64,000 nt of DNA from the human T2T-CHM13v2.0 reference genome, Homo sapiens. The position numbers were made by a program, and so were the translations under genes. Of this stretch, positions 14,480-25,843 are shown piece after piece (positions within the stretch are counted from its first letter, which is position 1; each line of letters begins with the position of its first letter). Below the pieces are notes generated by a model. It was not told the origin of the DNA and did no database searches. It saw only the letters and a program-made list of their open reading frames with translations. The DNA lies in NCBI RefSeq assembly GCF_009914755.1, contig NC_060928.1; one strand, 5' to 3'.

Positions 14480-15715
14480 TTCCTGCTTTAATTTGTTTTA
14501 AAATTCAGATAGAGCTTACATACAGAGCTGTACCAAATGCATAGAGATGTGTAATCACCATCACAGGCAGGTTACAGAATAGAGCTCTCACCCACAGATA
14601 TTCCCTGTGTTGCCCTTTTGTCTTGAAACCATCCCTACACCTATTCCCTCAAAGCCAGTGATGCCTTCTTCATCCTCATTGTTTTGCCTTTTCTAGAATG
14701 TTGTATAAATGGAATCACACAATATTTAACATTTTGAGTCTGGCTCTTTCTTGACTTAAGTTATTGTGTGTATCAGTTTATTCCTCCTAATTGCTGAGTT
14801 GCATTCAATTGTACGGGCGTGCCACAGGGCTTATTCACCCATTGATGGACTTCTGGTGTTTTTCCAGTATTTTGTGATTATGGATAATGCTGATGTATAC
14901 ACTTGTGTATGGGATTTTATGTAAGCATACGTGTTTGTTTCTCGTAAGTAAATATCTACGAGTGAGATTACTGGGTCATATTAAGTGCATGTTTACATTT
15001 AGAAAAAAAGTGCTAAACTGTTTTCTAGAATGGCTGTACTATTTGCACTTCCATCAATTATATATGAGAGTTACAGTTTCTTTGCACTCTTATCAGTAAT
15101 TAGTAAATTCAGATTTGTTTAAAAAATTAATTTCACCTTTTCTAATATGTGTGTAGTTGTTCTCATTGTGGTTTTAATTTGCATTTTGCTAATGGCTAAT
15201 GATGTCAAGTAGTGTTTTCTACCTATTTGCAATGCGTATATCTTTTTAGTGAAGTGTAACAAACATTTAAATTGCTCATTAAAAGTATTGTTTTTATTTT
15301 ACTATTAAGTTTCTAGAGTTCTTTATAACTATTCTGGATACATATCCTTTGCCAGACATGAGATTGGCAAACTTGTTTTTTCACAGCATGTAGCTTTTTT
15401 TTCCTTCTATTAACAGCATTTTTCACAGAAATAAAGGTGTTTAATTATGATAAAGATCCCTTTATCCATTATTTATATTTTTTAAATTGTGCTTTTGGTG
15501 TTATATCTAAGAGCTCGTTACCTAACCCAAAGTCACAAAGATTTTCTATGTTTTTGTTTTCTTCTAATCATTTTATAATTTTAAATTTCATATTTAGGTT
15601 TGCGGTCAACTACGAGTTAATTTTTGTATGAGGTATGAGTACGTATTGCAGCTTATTTTTTTCTTCTGCATAGTTGACAAATTATTCCAACACTATTTGT
15701 TGAAAAGATTAGAAT
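14480..15715 (-). mobile_element. Old L1 (L1MB/MC) 3' ORF2 and 3'UTR
   Basis: ctcattgtggttttaatttgcattt, attctggatacatatcctttgccaga, ttccaacactatttgttgaaaaga. Confidence 0.8.
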
Positions 15716-16929
15716 GCTATTTTCTTATGGTGCAGAACCTAGGAAGAGCAGATTTAAAACTGTGTGAGGCAAGAGGTTATTTGTTCACACCTGAGTTTTG
15801 CTCATCTTTGAATCCAAATATATAAAATGTTTTTTCTTTTGCTCAGACACACAGAATAATTGGCATTAGCTATAAATTCCCTAGCATGGTTTTTGTGAGA
15901 GTAATGATTAAAAAACAACAAAAAAGTCAGGTATGACAAAACACAATATATCACAGCAATTTTGTTGTTAAAAGAAAGTAATTTTAAAAATAATAGTTAA
16001 AATTTTAAGAAATCTTATTTGTTAGAAAGCTGACAAGCTAAAATTGAATCTGTAGTTCAATATTTAACATCAGTAGAAGCTGTGTGAATGGATATTGACC
16101 AAGGACTCACCTAATTAAGTTGAGGGTAAGAAAATATATTATTCGAGGTTTTTAATAAGCTATTTTAAGAAACATAATTTGAAGAGTAGGAACACTAAAG
16201 CTTGCTTTGAGTATTGTTCAGAATGAAATAGTTGTATAACATATTCTGCAATAACTCTGGTACTAAAATTGTCAAGAGCAAGCAATTTAGTCTTAATATA
16301 AGTAATAAGAAAGAGAAACTCCAGAAAGGAAAGAGAATTGCAAAAATATGTTGCATTCTGAATCAAATAGCCACTGGGCTTTTACAGGGCAAGACACTGC
16401 TAAACTCATGGGGAAATTTAAGGAGGAAAAATCTCTCTCTCCTTTGTTTCTGATGTTTGCTTTTTCTTCAGTGTTTTGAGAGTAAAAAGAAGATAGATGG
16501 AAATTCAGACTTGCAATATGTGCCATTAGAAAATTACAAAGCCCTTATGATCTCAGCAGAAAAATGATAGCTTTTAAAGCCTGTTCCCTGGTGCTTCATC
16601 ACCTTTCCCAGAAGGATATAAATTACTGGAAGATAATTGCTATGAATACATCATTCTTTTTCTTGAGATTCCCTGGTCCTTGTGAAACTCAATCTATGTC
16701 CCTAGGAGCAGAGTTGGTGGAGAAGGATGATACCATAGAAGAGAGAGGCAAAATTATTGAAGATCCATTCTGTTGGCTTGTTTTGTTTTACTTTACCCTC
16801 CCCATTTAAAAGAATCAAGAAAGGACAACCTATTTGATTATATAAAACTCTGTATCTGTTGTGGAATATCCATAGCTGTTGTGGGATAAAAATTATTTCA
16901 AAAGGAAATTCAGAATTAAGCTATTTCCT

Positions 16930-17540
16930 CTCTTTTAAATTTAGTCTTACAGAAAAGTTGCAGAAAATAAGAGTTTCTGTAAACCTTTTATACAGCTTCT
17001 GCTAATGTTAATATTTTACATATTCATAGTAGTTTTTGAAACCTAAAAATTAACATTGATACAATACCATTAACTTACCTGCAGACCTATTTTGAATTTC
17101 ACGAGATTATGAAAAAAGAATTCAAGATTATAAAATTAAAGAATCTAATATCCTCTAATATCCCTTTTTTTCTCGTGTAGGATCTAATCTAGGATCCCAC
17201 ATTGCATTTAGCTTTTAACTTAGTCTCTTCTAATCTGTGACAGCCCCATAGTCTTTTTTTTCTTTTTTCATTTTTTTCTGTCTTTCATATCCTTAACACT
17301 TTTTGAGATATACCAGCCAGTTATTTTGTTGAATGTCCCTCAGTTTGGGTTTGTCTGATGTTTTCCCATAATTAGATTGGTATTAGTCCTTTTTAACAAA
17401 AATGCTGCAGAAAGGATACTGTGCCCTTCTCATTGCATCATTCCAATAGCACATGATGTAGACCTGTTTCATGGGTGATGTTTAGCTTGGTCACTTGATT
17501 AAAGAAGTACCTGCCAGGATGATTCATGGTAAAGATATAG
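16930..17540 (-). mobile_element. L1MC-type 3' end fragment
   Basis: tacagaaaagttgca, ggatcccacattgcatttag, gaatgtccctcagtttgggtttgtctgatgtttt. Confidence 0.7.
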
Positions 17541-17729
17541 TGAAGCTTATTTGGTACTATTTGCATGATATTTTAGGTTTCCTTATAACCCTTGCATCTT
17601 GGTGGATTTCAACAATTCTTATAGATATTTAGTGCATTTTTGAAACATTTTGTAATTTCTAAAGTTGAGATATTACATACAATAGGTGTTCAAATTGAAA
17701 AAAAACACAAATAATGTATCTTAGAAGTG

Positions 17730-20700
17730 ACAGCTCTGTGCCTGGGTTTATGAGTACAGAACAGGACCCCCTCTCTTGATCCATACACCACTGCAGCTGC
17801 AGCTGTTGCTGCTGCCATTGTAGGCTGGGACAGGCAAGCCAGAGGGCTGCCGGTCTGTGGCTGTGAGTGGTGACTATGTCCCCACTAGTAGCATGGCCTT
17901 TGTGCTTGGGCTCACAAGGGAAGGAGAGGGTTCTTCCCCTACTCTGTATGGTGCTGTGGTGCTGCAGCCATCAAAAGTAGTTAGGCCTGAGAGCTATGTG
18001 TCTGGGGCTATGGTTGGCAACCCAGCATTGCAGCCACTGGCAACACCACCATGCGGTGCTTGGGACCCAGAGGGTTGTAGTGCCACTGCCACTGCCATTG
18101 CCCACACCACACTGGCTGCTCAGGGACCTAAGAACGCAATCACCTACGTGGCCTGTGACTGCCATTACTGGCATCAGAGCAAGCCACTTGGAGGACCAAG
18201 AAGAGGCCTGCCTGGTCCTACTGACACAGGTGCTGGTGTATGCTGCCCTGGGAGCCGAAGAACAGGCACATTCGAAACCCTGCTACCCCCACTGGGACCA
18301 GGACCTAAAGACTGGCCCACCTGGCGTCCCTGCCCCCAGCAAAATTTAACCATACCCTCCACTAGTTCCTGTACCCTAAACCACTGAGGAAATCACAAAT
18401 ACCACCAATGCTGTTTATAGTCAAGTAAATCATACAAAGATTGCACGACTGCATGCACCCAGAATCAAAGCCAAAGGGTTCTAACCAATTGAAACCATTG
18501 ATACATATTCAGGAAAAAGTCATTCCTTGTGAATTCAAAGAATTGTAAGAAATGACTATTACACCAGTTACATATATATCAACATAAGGACACCAGAAAC
18601 ATGATAAAGCAAAGAAATATGACGCCTTCAAGGGAACACAATAATTCCTTAGCAACAGATCCCAACTGCAAAGAAATTAACAAAATTATGAAAAAGGAAT
18701 TCAAAATTATGATATTAAAAAAGCTTAGTGAGATAAAGAGACTTTGAAAATACAATACACAGAAATCAGAAAAACAATTCAGGATATGAATGAGAAATTT
18801 ACAAAAGGGATAGCTATCTTAGTGAAGAACCAAACACAAATTCTGTAACTGAAGAACTCCCCGAATAAAATGCAAAATACACTCAAAAGCTTCAACAATA
18901 GACTGAATCTAACAGAAGAAAGAACCACAGAACTTGAAGACAGGTCTTTTGAAATAACTCAGGGAAAAATAAAGAAAAAAGAATGAACAAAATCTTTATG
19001 ATATGTGGGATAGCATAAAGCAACCAAACATACAAATTATTGGTATTCCTGAAGGTGAAGAAATGTTAAAAGGGTTTGAAAGCCTATTTAATGAAATAAT
19101 AGATGAATACTTCCCAAGTCTAGCAGGATATTTAGACATCCATATACAGGAGGCCCAGTGTCCCCCAAAGAGATACAATGCAAAATGGTCTCCGTGACAC
19201 TTTATAGGCACACTGTCTGAAGTCAATGGCAAAGGAGAATTCTAAAAACAGCAAGAGAAAAGCATCTAGTCACCCCTAAAGTAGTTACCATCAGACTAAC
19301 AGTAAGCACTTACTATGTATTTTCACAGTTTTAGGTCGTACATTTAAGTATACTTACTATGTATTTTCATAGTTTTGGGTCTAACACTTAAGACCCATTT
19401 AAGTGCTGACTTTTCCCTATAAAAAGGACATTGGTCTTGGCAAAGATTTTATGGCTAAAACCTCAAAAGCATAGGCACAAAAATAAAAATAGACAAATGA
19501 GACCATATTAAACTAAAAAGCCCCTACAAAGCAAAATAAACAGTCAACAAAATGAGGAGATAAGCTGCAGAATGGGAGAAAATATTTGCAAGTTACTCAT
19601 CTGACAGGTGACTAATATTTGGACCATATAAGGAACTTGAACAACTCAATAGGAAAAAAAAAAAAAGTTCCAAATAATCCCATTAAAAGATGGGCAAAAA
19701 ACATGAGTATACATTTCTCGAAAGAAGACACAGAAGTGGCCAACACATATCTTAAAAAGTGCTCAACATCACTATCATTAAGGAAATTCAAATAAAAAAC
19801 ACAATTAGATATTATCTTATGCCAGTTAGAATGGCTATTATTAATAAGAAAAAATAACAGATGCTGGTGAGGACGCAGAGAAAAGAGAACTCATACACTC
19901 TTGGCAGGAATGTAAATTAGTACAACCACTATGGGAAACAGAATGGAGATTTCTCAGAAAACTAAAAGTAGAACTACCATACAATCCAGCAATCTTACTA
20001 CTGGGTATCTATCCAAAGGAAAATAATTCAGTATATCAAGGGGATACCTGCACTTGTACGTTTATCACAGCACTATTCGCAGTAGCAAAGATATGGAATA
20101 AACCTAACTGTCTATTAACAGGTGAATGAGTAAAGAAAATGTGTCATATATACACCATGGGATACTGTTCAGCCTAAAAAAAGTTTGAAATAATTTCATT
20201 CTCAGCAACATGGAAAGAACTGCAGGTCATTCTTTTAAGTGAAATAAGTCAGGTATGGAAAGACAAATATTGCACCTTCACACTCATATGTGGGAGCTAA
20301 AAAAACTCATCACTTCACGGACATAGAGAATAGAATGATAGATACCAGGGACTGGGGAGACCGGGTAGTGGGAAGAGAGGGATTAAGAGAGGTTGGTTAT
20401 GGTTATAAATATACAATTAGATAGAAGAAATAAATTCTAGAGTTTGATAGAGGACGAGAATGGCTATACTTAGCAACAATATCATGTATATTTCACAGTA
20501 ACCGGAAGAGTTACCAATATAGTTACCAGTTACCAACACAATTCCTGAGTCACCAATACCAATATCTGCCACCAATATTTCTGATACCAATACATAAAAA
20601 TGGTAAACCCATGTGAAAATGATGTATGCCCCAGGTACGCTGACTTGAACACTACACATTCTATGCATGAAACAAATACTCACATGTACCCAATAAATAT

Positions 20701-20810
20701 GTAAATCATTATATTAGGTTGGTGCAAAAGTAATTGTCATTACTTTTAATGGTGAAAACCGCAATTATTTTTGCACCAACCTAATATATCAACAAAAGAG
20801 GGAAAAATAG
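17730..20810 (+). mobile_element. L1MA-type element with 5'UTR, partial ORF1, large internal deletion, ORF2 C-terminus and 3'UTR
   Basis: GC-rich 5'UTR. ORF1 homology (WDSIKQPNIQIIGIPEGEE, 19003-19197) stops ~19302. Late ORF2 resumes ~19425 (aggacattggtcttggcaaagattttatgg), followed by an L1MA 3'UTR. Confidence 0.85.
20714..20784. mobile_element. MADE1 (Hsmar1 mariner MITE)
   Basis: TTAGGTTGGTGCAAAAGTAATTG...CAATTATTTTTGCACCAACCTAA inverted repeats with TA on both sides. Confidence 0.95.
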
Positions 20811-21049
20811 TGACAGAATCTTAGATTGACATGTACTCACAGGAAGAATGAAGTCTTACAATTAAAGAATATGGGCTTGTCTGTGTTACACTCAGAATTT
20901 GTTTGTTTACATAATTATAATCAAACTACATATATTATGGATCCTTCTATTATTGGTCACCAATTATTCTGGCTTCTGCCTTTGTGGCTCTTTCCTTGAA
21001 GAAGAATTATATATCCCTGCTTTGCTGTACTCAGGAGTGGCCATGTGAC

Positions 21050-22650
21050 CTAAGAGGTGAATATCAAAGAGTTAGACAACGAGGACATAAGGGCAGTGGT
21101 GGAAAGAGTAGTCGATGAAGGAACAGCAAATGCAAGGAACAGATGTGAGATAAAATATTGCTACTCTAAAAAGTAAGAGTTCAAAGGGCATTCTGAAATG
21201 CACAGTGGGTTAGGAGATGGGGTGGGGCGAGAATTCAGTCTGATGACTTAAGGTGAGACAGATTATACAGGGCTAGTATAAGCCATGGAAATTTGAATTT
21301 TGCTCCAACAGGAATTATTTGAGAGCCAATGAAAGAGCAGAAAAATGACAAGATCTTATTTGAGTTTTAGAAAGATCCAGGGTAGTGATTGGGTGGGTAG
21401 TAAGGGAGGAGCAGAGTTAGATTCTGTGACGGTTCCTGTCACAACAGTGAGAGGTGATCCCCAAAGTGGTGAAAAAGTGACATATCTGGGAAATATTTGC
21501 GGGGTAGAATTGCTGTGCCTTTGTGATTCATTAGATATTGAGCTTAAGGCAGGAAGAAATAGGTCCTCAATTTTCTGGCTGACTCAATGAGATAGCAAAC
21601 AGGTGAAGCAGATTTGGATATGATGAGCTCCAGGAATTTGTACAATTGAGGGAGATAATCAGTTCAGATATTTGAGAAACCAACTTACTGATTAGACTAC
21701 TGTGTCAGTGTACAGTTAATCTTGCCTTTAACATTATAGCATATATATATGCTGTTCCAATAACATTATAGCATATATATATGCTGTTCCAAATACTATG
21801 TTTTAATGTTATTTTGGTTTGTTTTATACTTCCCCATGCCTTTCACATGGAGACACTTGGGCTATAGCTATTGACTGGACAATTACCACTATACATGTGG
21901 ATGGCCATAAAGCCAAGGACAAGGATAAATGTACATACAGAGCATATGTGTAGCAAAGGCAGTGCCTCTGATTGAACCTTAATAATGGCTGGCATTCAAG
22001 AAATAGAAAGAAGATAATAGTGCAAATAGATTTGGGAAGGAGTGGCCAGAGAGTCAGAAAACCAGAGATGGTTGAATTAGAAAAGCCAAAGTAAGACAGT
22101 TTTCAAGAGCATAATCAACAGTGGCAGATTCTGCAAAGATGTCAAGAAAGTTTAAGCTTAAGTGGTTCATTGTTGTTATTGAATACTTTGGAAATAGCAA
22201 TTTTAGTGAAGCGATTGGTGAAAAACCAGGAATTGAGGAATAGCATCAGGTACAACCATTTAAAGTAATTTGGCTGTGAATAGAAAGAGAAATATGGGAA
22301 TAACTAGAAATAAACAAATCCAGGGAAAGCTTTCATTTTAGGAGGGCAGTTAGCAAATCAAAACATTAAAGGGAGAAGACACATAAAGAAGAGTTGAAAT
22401 ACATTGAGTGTGGTCCTGGAGTAAAAAGGACTTCAGGATTTGATGTAGAAAAAATTGGGAACTAATCTTATATAAAAGGAGGGAAATATGCCTCAATGTA
22501 TCAGCAGGAACATTATACCCAGGTTAAATTTTAGGTTTGGTGGCAGGTTGCTAAAAGGTTTCTTGTGTTCCGGTCTCTACGTTTTCTGTGAAGACAAAGG
22601 TAAGGTCATCTGTTGAGAATCAGAAGACAGGTTTGGAGGTTAAGGGTAGG
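21050..22650. mobile_element. Degenerate L2 fragments
   Basis: Purine-rich sequence with L2-like motifs (ggaacagcaaatgcaagg, ttttagaaagatc, aatttggctgtgaa). Confidence 0.5.
21729..21792. repeat. Perfect 32-bp tandem duplication
   Basis: taacattatagcatatatatatgctgttccaa twice. Confidence 0.95.
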
Positions 22651-22654
22651 TTTG

Positions 22655-24700
22655 TGTGAAAGACTAGCACTCACCCTCCATTTGACCTGTCTTGTAACCT
22701 GTCAGCTAGTATTGCAGAAATTAGAAAGATAGAAAGATATTAAAGCTAGGGACCTTGATGTGATTTCTGTTTAGTCAATTACATGCACTTGTGGGAGATT
22801 GAGACAAAGCCATGATCTGCTCATTCTGAGTTTCTACTTGCAAGTGGATTTATGGGATTATAGTATCATTGAGTTTTTCCACAGTAGTGTCAATGGAGAT
22901 TCCCTGTCATGTCACTAGTTTCATGATTGTTGAAAGAACAAATAAATGTAAATTATCTAGTAATAATTATAATTGCGGCTCAGTGACTGCTATTGTTTCT
23001 CGATTCGTAGATTTCAGCAGTGTGTTCCTGGAGCCAACTGTTCCAGTAGCAGCCTTCCCACTTCCTGATTCAGGCAAGGGTAGCAGCTTTGCTTACAAGC
23101 CAAATCTGTGGTATAATCCTCCTCCCCCAGCTTTCCAGTACTTTTATAAACATCTGATTCCCAGAAATAAATTCCTTTCTGTGAGGTGGCTGGCATGGTT
23201 TCTGTTACAACCACTGAATGCAACTGGAGCAATCTTTGCCATCAGAGGAGTTGTGGGAATAGGCACTTTGTACTGTTCAGTTGGCCTATTTGTGTTTGAA
23301 GGCCAGGCATATCTGAATCCATTAAATGACAGGATACTAGAAGTACACAGAAACCAGTGGCAAAATCAGTTAAATTTTTTACCTATGGCCACCTGAATTG
23401 AAGTACATGATTTTGCAAACCAAGTATTGAAAGCCATAGCAAAGAATAATGTCACAGGCATGAGGGAGTCAGGGACTGAGAAATGGGTTGCCTGCTTCTG
23501 ATTGCATTGGGGAGCTAAAAGAAAAAATAAAATCTGGTGCAGAAAATTAAATTCTCATATTAAGGCATGGTCAGAGAACCAGGGATTTTTCATGACTCTC
23601 CTGAATGTGTATCTTATCTCTTGTACCTTCATGGATGAAGATGGTAGGGCTGAAAACTAAACACAAAGGATTAATCTGTGGACTACTAAACTAAAAGGTA
23701 CATTATATTCACTCTCTTGCAGAGTGACATATATGAGTGTTAGCTCCTTGGTTGGGAAAGAGTAAAAGTTCAAATATTAGAAAAATAAAATTGGGAAGAT
23801 TTAGAAAATTCTAACAAAATCTAAGGCTCTTGTGTTAGCAGAAGCAGCTCCTCCTCCCATGTATGATGAAGGAGGGGTATACCTATTTTTCTTATATCCC
23901 ACCTCAACCTTCCATCACTGCCCTCATGGAGTAGATCTCTGAAAGCAGCTAGAAAGCCAATTATACTCAATCCAAGGAAGAGAAGTTTTGTATCCTAAGG
24001 AAGTGCTAGATTTTACCATTTTTTGTGCATAAATTGTTATATGTGGAATAGATTCTGAGAGTGCTAGACCATGGATTATGAAACAAAATTTTAGAATTGG
24101 CTAAACTGATTGCTATAGGTGTGTTTACAGAGATTCTAGATGCTGTGTATTAGCTCAGATAGCCAGGAATGGCTCCTATGGGTTATTTGGCTGACTGAAA
24201 GCTGGGCCTAGCAGGGGACTATGCTGAATGATGTTTATATATTACAAATTTCTTAGTCTGTCATATATGAGACATCCAAAGACATAGAAAATAAGAGACA
24301 TAGAAACGGATTTAATATGTATCCTCATTTAATTCTCTTTTCCCAGCTATGTACCCTAAGAGGGCCCATTTACCAAGGGATTAAGATTATATTAGTAAAT
24401 GAAAGGCCAGCATCTTTAAAAAAAAATGCATTGTGATGGCTGTCCTCTGTAAGCTGAACATATTGCTCCTGAAATGAGCTCCCAGATTTCAATAGTGATA
24501 ATTGCCAAGGTGACAGATAAAAACTTAGCAGTACTTAATCCAAGTAGCAAAATGGATCCTGTTATCATAAATGGAGCAGCTTTGGAGTGGTATTCATAAC
24601 ATGTAAACCTTAGTGATCTTTGACTGCAGATGGTTGCTCAGGAGGTTAATAGACTTGAAATAAATGGGTAGCTCATTAAGGAAGATCCCACTTGTTTTGA
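22655..24700 (+). mobile_element. ERVL-class LTR (~22655-23220) followed by degenerate gag-like internal sequence
   Basis: LTR 3' end aataaattcctttctg...ggtttctgttacaacc. The internal part resembles ERVL gag (gagtgctagaccatgg...acagagattctagatg...ttggctgactgaaagctgg). Confidence 0.6.
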
Positions 24701-24914
24701 ATAATCAAAATAACACTGGGAAATAAAGGGCCCAGGACATCTCTAGGCTGGAAGCTTTACTGATAGATGAATTAATGATCTTCAAATTCTTAGGGGAAGT
24801 TTTCAGACAAAACTTAAGAATGTCTCATGAAGAACTTTTACATAGGGATCTATCTAGGACAGTTTCAAAACAAAGTTTACCCTTATATCAGCTAACCCAG
24901 AAAAAAGAGAAGCC

Positions 24915-24920
24915 TGTCTG

Positions 24921-24970
<50 letters not shown>

Positions 24971-25022
24971 AATCAATCATCTATCTACCTACCTACCTTC
25001 CTGCTACCTACCTATCTATCTA
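24915..25022. repeat. (TCTG)n(TCTA)n(TCAA)n(CCTA)n compound tetranucleotide STR
   Basis: Directly visible, roughly 12 TCTA units. Confidence 0.95.
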
Positions 25023-25631
25023 CATTTTTTAGTAAGTCACACCTTTATAGAAGCTTTTTCTGGTTAAAGCATGATAGAAACATCATAAGTGTGGTGTAAA
25101 TTTCACAAAGAATTTGTTGCCATCGAAGGAGACATCAAGAATGAACTCCATGTAAATATTTTGAGAACAATTTTATCAAATAATGAAAGACAGGATGCAA
25201 CAATCATTTTATGAGTGAAATAAATAGATAAATATAATCACAGCAGAAAAAGAAAGTAATATGGCCCTTGCATCAGATGTGGAAGATAAATGTGAAACAA
25301 GTCTGAATGTATTTATAATTAGTACACGTGTTTGTGTGCAGGCACACAAAGAAAGTTTAAAAAATAACATCAAAGAATAAATTCATACAAAAATAAAAGA
25401 GAATATAGTTTGATCTCCAGTTTATAAGTATTACTAATTTTGCAAATAGGTAGGGGCATAATCATGAATCCCTTCCTCGTCAGAATACCCAGTGCTCTTC
25501 CCATTATATGACAGCATTGCTGTTACGTAGCCCACTGAGTAATGAGTACAGAAATATTACTCTTGGGCAAGTTTACTCATTAGTATCCTTATAAATATAC
25601 ACTTTAGAGCACACATTATTTTCAAAGAGGA

Positions 25632-25843
25632 CAGTATGGTTCCTGAGGGAGCAAAAATTGGTTCTTGGTGGGTGAAAGAATGCTTACCCTTTTTATGTAT
25701 AATTCAGAGATATGTACAGAGCATATAAATAAATTTACAGTTCATCTGAAGTACTAAAATTTCACGGGGAGGGCAATTAGGGAAAAGATGTCTAAAAAGT
25801 GTCTTTAGGGAGGCATAATGAAAAAAAGTGTTGAGAAACACTG
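25632..25843. mobile_element. hAT-Charlie-type MITE relic
   Basis: CAGT... start and ...gttgagaaacactg terminus. Family by eye. Confidence 0.55.

Noticed and set aside
17857-18387. 176-aa ORF
   Set aside because: Lies in the GC-rich 5'UTR of an old L1. Several overlapping frames are open, as expected from composition.
22869-23396. 175-aa ORF
   Set aside because: Non-ATG start within an ERVL LTR/leader relic, with no recognisable domain.
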